A stretch of DNA of 15,075 nucleotides from Calditrichia bacterium. Lineage in GTDB: Bacteria > Calditrichota > Calditrichia > RBG-13-44-9. A program made the translations under genes and the position numbers. The stretch is from NCBI GenBank assembly GCA_037381445.1, contig JARRQT010000067.1:1-15075 (forward strand), in the 5' to 3' direction. The notes below the pieces were generated by a model that was not told the origin of the DNA, did no database searches, and was given only the letters and a program-made list of their open reading frames with translations. Shown one piece after another: positions 1 to 6,427 of this stretch (position 1 is the first letter of the stretch; every line of letters begins with the position of its first letter).

Positions 1-41
1 AAGTGCGCTTTTTCGGCAGAACACGAATATTTTTCCCGAGG

Positions 42-750
42 CTACCATTCCAGCGCCGCCGCGAAATTTTCTATTGCCAAGTTAAATACGGCCGGCTTCT
101 GCAGACTGCACAGATGATTCGCGCCGGGAATGATCTCCAGTTTCGCATTATGGGCTGACGCCAGGAAGACCAGTTCGTCCTGGCGGAAAATAATATCCTT
201 TTCCCCATTGAGAAATAATATCGGCACCGCGATGCCGGAAACCATCTTTGAAAAATTCCGGCCCGCAATTTCCGAAACGATCTGAGGAACAGCCCTGAAA
301 TAGAAGCCGTCCGCAATGATCGGATCGGCGATTTCCGGGGCAAATATGCGCCGGAAAATAATGCGGTTCAGGGATGAAAGCATTCTTTCGCTCAATATCC
401 GCGTGAAAAAGGCACCAATCCGGGGCGGAATGGTTATCGCGCCCCGCGGGTTGGTGCTGCAGCCGGAGAGGACCAGCCCGCAAAGCTTTTCCGGGTGTTT
501 GAACGCGAATTCCATGGCAACATATTTCCAGCCGGAAAGGAATATCTTTTAATGCCCCATGACCGGGCATATCGGGGGCGACTACCCGGTATTTCCCTGA
601 CAGCTCTTTCACCTGCGGCAGCCACATCCTGCGGGTCAGGCGGGTACCGTGAACGAGAATGACGGGTTTGCCTGCCGGGGGACCGGCCGCATCAAACCAG
701 GAATTTATTTCAGGAACATTCATTGAACGAATTTTTTCACTCCAAAGCAT
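42..750 (-). pseudogene. Alpha/beta-fold hydrolase, disrupted by an internal deletion and frameshift at ~525-527 (start at 750 or 723)
   Basis: The N-terminal frame (ORF 148..750) has the hydrolase motifs VILVHG, MWLPQV and RVVAPDMPGHG up to PFRLE (540-526). The C-terminal frame (ORF 42..515, extendable to YVAMEFAFKHPEK from 524) has ILFLNGEKD (acid) and IIPGANHL (His). The segment with the GxSxG nucleophile elbow is absent from all frames. Confidence 0.8.
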
Positions 751-770
751 GACAGCACTGCCATATTTGA

Positions 771-818
771 GAAAATAAAAAAGGTGTCAAAGACCGCATT
801 TGATCGATAACACCTTTT
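771..818 (-). terminator. Probable rho-independent terminator of the kamA operon
   Basis: The minus strand reads AAAAGGTGT-tatcgatcaaatgcggtctttg-ACACCTTTT then TTATTTTC: an imperfect hairpin with a U-tract about 47 nt after the kamA stop. Confidence 0.6.
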
Positions 819-864
819 CAATTTTATTCGAAACAAAAAAGTTCAGTTAAGCCGGTTCCGTGAA

Positions 865-1962
865 TTAATAAATATCCCCGGCCTCATACTGGCTGAGTTC
901 TTCCACCTCCACTTTTTTGTCAGCAGCCGCCTGCCGGTAGCGGAATATTTTGCCCTCATAATTACGCAGGACCACCTCGTCATCGGACATGTGGATCACA
1001 TAATTGGGCAGCAGGGGAATCTTGCCGCCGCCGCCGGGAGCATCGATGACAAAATGGGGCACCGCCAGGCCTGATGTCCATCCCCGCAGGGACTGGATAA
1101 TTTCCAAGCCCTTTTCCACCGAGGTACGGAAATGCTCGGTGCCGAAAACCATGTCCGCCTGGTAAATGTAATAGGGGCGGACGCGGGCTTTCAGTAGTTT
1201 CTGCATCAGCTCTTTCATCACCTCCGGATCGTCATTCACGCCCTTCAGCAAAACAGTCTGGTTGCCGAGGGGAATTCCGGCATTGGCGAGCTTTCCCAAT
1301 GCTTTGACCGCCACCGGTGTCAGTTCCCTGGGATGGTTAAAGTGCACATTCATGAAAAGCGGATGATATTTTTTAAGCATATTTGTTAATTGGGAGGTAA
1401 TTCTTTGGGGCAGGAAGCACGGAACGCGGGTTCCGATGCGGATGATTTCAACATGCGGAATGCGCCTGAGCTTCTGAAGAATATATTCAATTTTATCATC
1501 GCTTAACAATAGCGGGTCGCCGCCGGACAGGATCACGTCGCGGATTTCAGTGTGCTCGCGGATATACTCGATGCCTTCATCGATGAATTTCAGGCTGATT
1601 TTGGTGGGATCGCCAACCTTGCGCTTGCGGGTGCAGAAGCGGCAGTAGGAGGCGCACACATGGGAAACCAGGAACAGGCAGCGGTCCGGATAACGATGCA
1701 CAATATTGTTTACCGGCGAATCCTTGTCCTCCGCCAGGGGATCTTCAAAAAGACCGTTATCAGCCAGTTCCTGCTTGTCGGGGACAATCTGCCGGTAAAT
1801 AGGGTCCCCTTTTTCCCTGATTAATGACAAATAATAAGGTGTTATTTTTATATTAAATTCATGTTCGATATTCTGGATTTCTTCCAGCGGAATATCAAAT
1901 TTTTCTGCGATTTCTTTTGCGCTTGTGACACTATTTTGCAAAATTTTGCGCCATCGCTCCAT
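865..1962 (-). CDS. kamA: KamA-family radical SAM/PLP enzyme, probable lysine 2,3-aminomutase
   Basis: Motifs [14 protein letters not shown] (CxxxCxxC), [38 protein letters not shown] and the PLP-lysine motif [18 protein letters not shown] upstream. Confidence 0.92.
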   Translation of the reverse strand: MERWRKILQNSVTSAKEIAEKFDIPLEEIQNIEHEFNIKITPYYLSLIREKGDPIYRQIVPDKQELADNGLFEDPLAEDKDSPVNNIVHRYPDRCLFLVSHVCASYCRFCTRKRKVGDPTKISLKFIDEGIEYIREHTEIRDVILSGGDPLLLSDDKIEYILQKLRRIPHVEIIRIGTRVPCFLPQRITSQLTNMLKKYHPLFMNVHFNHPRELTPVAVKALGKLANAGIPLGNQTVLLKGVNDDPEVMKELMQKLLKARVRPYYIYQADMVFGTEHFRTSVEKGLEIIQSLRGWTSGLAVPHFVIDAPGGGGKIPLLPNYVIHMSDDEVVLRNYEGKIFRYRQAAADKKVEVEELSQYEAGDIY

Positions 1963-2467
1963 TTTCTTTTTTTCCTCCCGTTGTATAAACGTTCAAATGT
2001 TTGACGAAAATCAGCCGGTCATCGCCCGGCCGGTAAAAATCTTTGATCCGTGCTTCCAGCTTGTACTGATTCCTGAAGTAAAATTGCTGGGTAGGGGTAT
2101 ATTTCGGCTGGGATGATGTTTCAATAATGATCAGTCTTCCCTGCTCCCGGGCGATTTCCTTTTCAACAAAGTGCAGCAGTTTCTTGCCGATCCCCTGGTT
2201 CTGCAGGGCGGGCGAAACGGCTATCCAGTATAGATCGTATGTTCCTTCCGTGGCCGGCGTGGGACCATAGCAGACATAGCCCGCTACTTCCGAATTTTCG
2301 GTTTCAGCCACCGCTATGCTGTAATCATTCTGTTCCTTGTTGAACAGATAAACATCAATCAGCTCCATTGCCACATTCACTTCGGCCATGGTAAACATAT
2401 CGGTTTGCTGCAATATTTCGTAGATGGCTCCCCGGTCTTCGGGAAGCAGTTTTCTGAACTTAATCAT
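1931..2467 (-). CDS. GNAT-family N-acetyltransferase
   Basis: Acetyl-CoA binding motif A ([17 protein letters not shown]) and typical GNAT strands ([21 protein letters not shown]). Overlaps the upstream ligase by 8 nt and kamA by 32 nt. Confidence 0.9.
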   Translation of the reverse strand: MIKFRKLLPEDRGAIYEILQQTDMFTMAEVNVAMELIDVYLFNKEQNDYSIAVAETENSEVAGYVCYGPTPATEGTYDLYWIAVSPALQNQGIGKKLLHFVEKEIAREQGRLIIIETSSQPKYTPTQQFYFRNQYKLEARIKDFYRPGDDRLIFVKHLNVYTTGGKKENGAMAQNFAK

Positions 2468-3476
2468 GTGCCATCCTGTTCATGGTTTGGTTAATGACAA
2501 AATCGACAAACTCCCGGTATTTCATTCCCGCCGCTTTCACCGCATTGGCAAATCCGGCGTCCATCGATATATCGGGATTGGGATTGAATTCGAGGACATA
2601 AATCCGCCCCGATGAATCCACCCGGATATCCACGCGGCCGTAATCGCGTCCCATTAAAAGATGATAGACCTGCAATGTCACATCGGCCAGCCGCTGCCGC
2701 AGATCCTGGGAAATATCCGCCGGGCACACAGCCGGTGTTTTCTGGAATAGCGGGTGGTGCGGCAGCCATTTGGCCTCGTAGCTGGTAATATGATGGTGTT
2801 CCGCTTCCAGCTCGGCAAAGTTGATTTCCGAAACGGGCAGCACCTTCGCAGGATTGTTTCCCAGTACGCTCACATTGAATTCGCGTCCCTGGATAAATTT
2901 TTCAACCAGCACCGGCTGTTTATAGCGTTTCAGGAGTTCCGCAACCACTTTGCTCAGTTCCTCGAAGTTGTGGATGATGGAACGCTGCGTGATGCCGATG
3001 CTAGCATCCTCGCGGGCCGGCTTGGCAATCAGCGGGTAATTCAGATAGGTGTGCTTGGGCGTTTCCGAATATACCTGGTACATGGGCGTGGGAATTTTTT
3101 TCGATTCGAACAGCTTTTTGGCCAGCACCTTGTTTTGGGCCAGCCCCAGGGTAAGCGGCGTATTACCGGTGTAAGGAATGCCCAGCAGCTCCCAGAATCC
3201 GGCAATATGCATCTCATGATGAGCGTCCCCCCGGTAGCCTTCACACAGGTTAAAAATCATGTCCGGGGCAAATTCTTTTACCTTCTGGATGTCCTTTTCA
3301 ATGTTGCTTACCGGCAGGTAACCGGGGATGTGGTCCAGTTTTAAAACCGCTTTGTAGATATTGTCCGCCTCGGTTTTCACCGCCGCTTCGGAGATGTAAT
3401 CCAGGTTATCGCCGTTCTTTTTATCCGGATCGTTATAGGCAATCAGGACACGATATTTTCTTTGTTTCGAAGTCAT
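2460..3476 (-). CDS. D-Ala-D-Ala ligase-like ATP-grasp enzyme (second of pair)
   Basis: Motifs LGIPYTG, NKVLAK, PLIAKPAREDASIGI, VLVEKFIQGREFNV, SYEAKW, GRVDIR, VLEFNPNPD. ATGA overlap with the upstream ligase. Confidence 0.88.
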   Translation of the reverse strand: MTSKQRKYRVLIAYNDPDKKNGDNLDYISEAAVKTEADNIYKAVLKLDHIPGYLPVSNIEKDIQKVKEFAPDMIFNLCEGYRGDAHHEMHIAGFWELLGIPYTGNTPLTLGLAQNKVLAKKLFESKKIPTPMYQVYSETPKHTYLNYPLIAKPAREDASIGITQRSIIHNFEELSKVVAELLKRYKQPVLVEKFIQGREFNVSVLGNNPAKVLPVSEINFAELEAEHHHITSYEAKWLPHHPLFQKTPAVCPADISQDLRQRLADVTLQVYHLLMGRDYGRVDIRVDSSGRIYVLEFNPNPDISMDAGFANAVKAAGMKYREFVDFVINQTMNRMAHD

Positions 3477-4525
3477 AGAGGCAGTCCGTATCTCTTGGCT
3501 GCAAATTCAAGCACTCTGTTCAACATGTCCGCATAATGGTAACCGGCTGTGTGCGCCGCCTTCGGAAAACAGGAATTGTCTTCCGGCTTGGGAAGAATGC
3601 CGGGAAGCGGATTTAACTCCAGAATATGCGGAATACCCTGGTCATCCATCCTGACATCTACCCGGCACCAGTCGCGGATACCCATTACCTGGTAAGTGTC
3701 TCGCACCACATCTTCTATTCTTTCCTGCCGGATTGATTCCAGCGTCGCCGGGCACTGGAATATTTCCAGCGGCTGCTGCGGAGTGTCCCAGATCCATTTC
3801 GCTTCGTAGGAGTAAATCGGCTGTGCCCCTTCCGGCAAGTTCTGATAATTGATGGCCACAACAGGCAGGATTTCGATATCATCTCCGTTGCCCCAGATGG
3901 CAACCGTGTATTCATCGCCGGTCAAAAAGCGCTCGATCATGACCGGTTGATTATAGCGCTGAATTTTTTCGCGGATCTTCTTTTTCGCATCGGTCGCGTT
4001 TAAAACTACCGAGTCATTGAATATTCCCTTGCTGCTTCCCTCCGATACCGGCTTTACGATGGCCGGAAATTCAACCTCTTCCACATTTATTTCCTGCAGA
4101 GGATAGAAAACCCGGAAAGCCGGCGTGGGAATCAGATAGTAGCTCAATACCTCCTTGGCACGGGCCTTGTTCAGACAGATGGCCAGAGTGAGCGGGTCCG
4201 AGCCGGTGTAGGGAATGCCCAACTGCTCGCAGATGATGGGCACCTTCGACTCCCGGAAATCCCCGAACAGGCCTTCCGCCATATTGAAAACGAGCTCCGG
4301 CCCGTGTTTGATCAGATTTGCCTCCACCGCATCATTGGCCTCAATCCCCACCACATTGTGTCCGTTGCTGCGCAGCGCTTCCATCACAGCCTTGATCGTT
4401 TCGGGAGAATCACCTTCGGCAAAGAAATCTGCGGGTATTTCCGCTTCATGAAATTTATTGCCGCGATATCTTTTATATTCCTGCAAAAGTCCCTGTTTAC
4501 TGCTATAGGTTAATGCGATCTTCAT
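3473..4525 (-). CDS. D-Ala-D-Ala ligase-like ATP-grasp enzyme (first of pair)
   Basis: Motifs LGIPYTGS, NKARAK, PAIVKPVSEGSSKGI, IERFLTGDEYTV, YSYEAKW, CRVDVR, ILELNPLPG. Confidence 0.88.
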   Translation of the reverse strand: MKIALTYSSKQGLLQEYKRYRGNKFHEAEIPADFFAEGDSPETIKAVMEALRSNGHNVVGIEANDAVEANLIKHGPELVFNMAEGLFGDFRESKVPIICEQLGIPYTGSDPLTLAICLNKARAKEVLSYYLIPTPAFRVFYPLQEINVEEVEFPAIVKPVSEGSSKGIFNDSVVLNATDAKKKIREKIQRYNQPVMIERFLTGDEYTVAIWGNGDDIEILPVVAINYQNLPEGAQPIYSYEAKWIWDTPQQPLEIFQCPATLESIRQERIEDVVRDTYQVMGIRDWCRVDVRMDDQGIPHILELNPLPGILPKPEDNSCFPKAAHTAGYHYADMLNRVLEFAAKRYGLPL

Positions 4526-4581
4526 TTCAAATTCCCACTGTATTTCTGTTAAATTCTATAATTATATGCCTAAGTGGATGC

Positions 4582-4809
4582 CTAATTAAGCGTGGTAGTA
4601 TCCACCTTTGCAGTATCGATCCCCAGGGTGTCGACTCCCATGGAATCGATATCGGAGGTGTCTTTCATGCTGCTGTCCGTTAAGGTGGTATCCATCATGC
4701 TGGTATCACGCTGAGTTGAGGTTTGAGGTGTTTTGGTTCCTTCGGATTTCTGACATGCAAAAATTCCGAAAGTCAATATTATCAGGGCAATCATAGTAAA
4801 ACGGTACAT
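4582..4809 (-). CDS. Small lipoprotein (75 aa) with eight D-[T/S]-x-x-x pentapeptide repeats
   Basis: AAGGAG RBS at 4821-4816 sits 6 nt before the ATG at 4809, favouring this start over 4824. Signal peptide MYRFTMIALIILTFG followed by a lipobox-like IFA-C19, then a low-complexity T/S/D-rich mature part. Confidence 0.78.
   Translation of the reverse strand: MYRFTMIALIILTFGIFACQKSEGTKTPQTSTQRDTSMMDTTLTDSSMKDTSDIDSMGVDTLGIDTAKVDTTTLN
4588..4707 (-). repeat. Eight degenerate 15-nt (5-codon) tandem repeats within the lipoprotein
   Basis: DTSMM DTTLT DSSMK DTSDI DSMGV DTLGI DTAKV DTTTL; each unit starts with an Asp codon followed by a Thr/Ser codon. Confidence 0.85.
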
Positions 4810-4843
4810 AATCTTCTCCTTCATAAATTGTTTTTATTATATA

Positions 4844-4860
4844 ATCAATGATAGTGCCAA
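4844..4860 (-). promoter_or_regulatory. Sigma54 (RpoN) -24/-12 promoter
   Basis: The minus strand reads TTGGCAC-TATCA-TTGAT versus consensus TGGCAC-N5-TTGCW (GA instead of GC at -12). It lies about 35 nt before the lipoprotein ATG and just downstream of a sigma54 activator gene. Confidence 0.72.
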
Positions 4861-4876
4861 CAATTTCTCGTCGCGC

Positions 4877-4889
4877 TAAATAGTTGATT
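4877..4889 (-). promoter_or_regulatory. Putative IHF binding site
   Basis: The minus strand reads AATCAA-CTAT-TTA, an exact match to WATCAANNNNTTR, located between the enhancer-like sites and the -24 box. Confidence 0.6.
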
Positions 4890-4945
4890 ATATATTTCTT
4901 AGGAGATTTCAGGAATTGGGATGGGATGAGACTTTCCGGCCTTTA

Positions 4946-5001
4946 TTATCATATTGAAAAAATATCCCCCCATAAGGGCGATTTCATTCTCACTTTGAGA
5001 A
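4946..5001. promoter_or_regulatory. Tandem palindromic upstream activator sites (TTnTCA-N3-TGAnAA)
   Basis: TTATCA-TAT-TGAAAA at 4946-4960 and the perfect TTCTCA-CTT-TGAGAA at 4987-5001, 41 bp apart and about 90-140 bp upstream of the -24 box. Confidence 0.55.
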
Positions 5002-5062
5002 AATAAACGCCCGGAGAGGGATATCGGATACCAAATTGATAATGGGAAGTGAAGGAAGAATT

Positions 5063-6427
5063 TTATTCCAGATTATATTCTTTGATTTTCCGGTAGAGGG
5101 TGGCCAGACCGATCTCAAGGGTTTTTGCGGCCTTTTGCTTGTCGTAATTGAAATACTGCAGCGTTTTTTGAATGGCTGTCTTTTCAATTTCGGAAAATGA
5201 CATGCCTACCGAGACCACGATGCTGCGCTGGGTGTCCTCCAGGCCGGCAGCCAGCACCGGCAGGTGATGCAGCTTCAGGAAATCGTCCTGGCAGAGAACC
5301 ACCGCCCGTTCAATCATATTCTCAAGTTCCCGGATGTTGCCGCGCCAGGAATAGCGCATCATCTGTTTCAGGGCATCCGGTTCAATTCCCTGTATATTTT
5401 TATTATTGATGCGGTTATATTTTTCGATAAAGTGCTGCACCAGAAAGGGAATATCGTCGGTTCTTTCCCGCAGGGCGGGCATGTGAATGGTAATAACATT
5501 CAAACGATAGTACAAGTCCTCCCGGAACGTCCCGTTTTCGACCCGCTCTTCCAGATTGATGTTGGTTGCCGCCACAAAACGAACGTCCGCTTTCTGGGTG
5601 GTCAGCGCGCCCAGCCTTTCAAATTCACCATTCTGCAGCACCCGCAGCAGTTTCACCTGCATGGCCGGGGTCAATTCGCCCACTTCATCCAGAAAGAGCG
5701 TTCCATCGTGGGCCAGCTCGATCTTTCCCTTCTTTTGCTTGACCGCACCGGTAAAGGCCCCTCTTTCATAGCCGAACAGTTCCGCCTCCAGCAGGTTTTC
5801 GGGGATGGCGCCGCAATTTATTTTCACGAAAGGCTTATCGGCGCGGGGACTGTAAAAATGGATGGCGGAAGCGGCAACTTCCTTTCCCGTGCCGGTCTCG
5901 CCGGTGATCAAAACGGTGGTCCGCGACGGCGCGATCTGCTTGATAAATTCCTGAATCTGTTTGAAACGGCTGCTGACCCCGACCAGTTGGGGAAAGCCCG
6001 GTTCCAGTTTCAGGAATTGTCTCAGCCGTTCATTTTCGCGGCGCAGTTTGATGGTCTCGCTCAACCGCGACAGGATCCTCCGCAGATCGGCGAAGCGGAA
6101 AGGTTTGACCAGGTAATCATAGGCGCCGCCCCGGATGGCCTCCACCGCCGATTCCACCGATCCGTAGGCGGTTATGATAATCACCGAAGTGCCGGGATAA
6201 TTTTCCCGGGCGTAGCCCAGAATATCCAGTCCGGAGCCGTCCTTCAGTTTCAGGTCCGTCACCACGATATCGGCGTCGCTGGTTTTCAAATAGTTCAGAG
6301 CTTCCTTGCGGGAGGTGGCGGTGGCGATCTGATAACCGTTTCCCTCCAGCCCCATTTTCAGCGCGTTGAGGGCGTCAACTTCATCGTCTACGATGAGAAG
6401 CTTCAGCTTATTCGTTTCCATTTTCAT
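5063..6427 (-). CDS. NtrC/AtoC-family sigma54-dependent response regulator (REC-AAA+-Fis HTH)
   Basis: Receiver (LIVDDE, VVTDLKL, ITAYG, YLVKPF), Walker A GETGTGKE, GAFTGA, Walker B LFLDEV, DLYYRLNV, WRGNIRELEN and HTH AAKTLEIGLATLYRKI. Start could be 6427 or 6421. Confidence 0.96.
   Translation of the reverse strand: MKMETNKLKLLIVDDEVDALNALKMGLEGNGYQIATATSRKEALNYLKTSDADIVVTDLKLKDGSGLDILGYARENYPGTSVIIITAYGSVESAVEAIRGGAYDYLVKPFRFADLRRILSRLSETIKLRRENERLRQFLKLEPGFPQLVGVSSRFKQIQEFIKQIAPSRTTVLITGETGTGKEVAASAIHFYSPRADKPFVKINCGAIPENLLEAELFGYERGAFTGAVKQKKGKIELAHDGTLFLDEVGELTPAMQVKLLRVLQNGEFERLGALTTQKADVRFVAATNINLEERVENGTFREDLYYRLNVITIHMPALRERTDDIPFLVQHFIEKYNRINNKNIQGIEPDALKQMMRYSWRGNIRELENMIERAVVLCQDDFLKLHHLPVLAAGLEDTQRSIVVSVGMSFSEIEKTAIQKTLQYFNYDKQKAAKTLEIGLATLYRKIKEYNLE

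Noticed and set aside
148..525. C-terminal part of the 200-aa ORF, or a programmed frameshift in the hydrolase
   Set aside because: This is out-of-frame read-through after the lesion. There is no convincing slippery site, and the catalytic segment is absent in every frame.
865..1962. epmB (EF-P beta-lysylation) assignment
   Set aside because: The PGGGGK PLP loop is KamA-type, and efp and epmA are not adjacent.
2460..4525. Vancomycin-resistance (van) ligase cluster or housekeeping ddl
   Set aside because: No vanH/X/Y/T or mur/fts genes are nearby, the regulator is NtrC-type rather than VanR/OmpR-type, and the D-Ala site motifs are missing.
4588..4707. CRISPR-like or DNA-level repeat interpretation of the 15-nt periodicity
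   Set aside because: Conservation is at the amino-acid level only, with no identical repeats or spacers and no cas genes.
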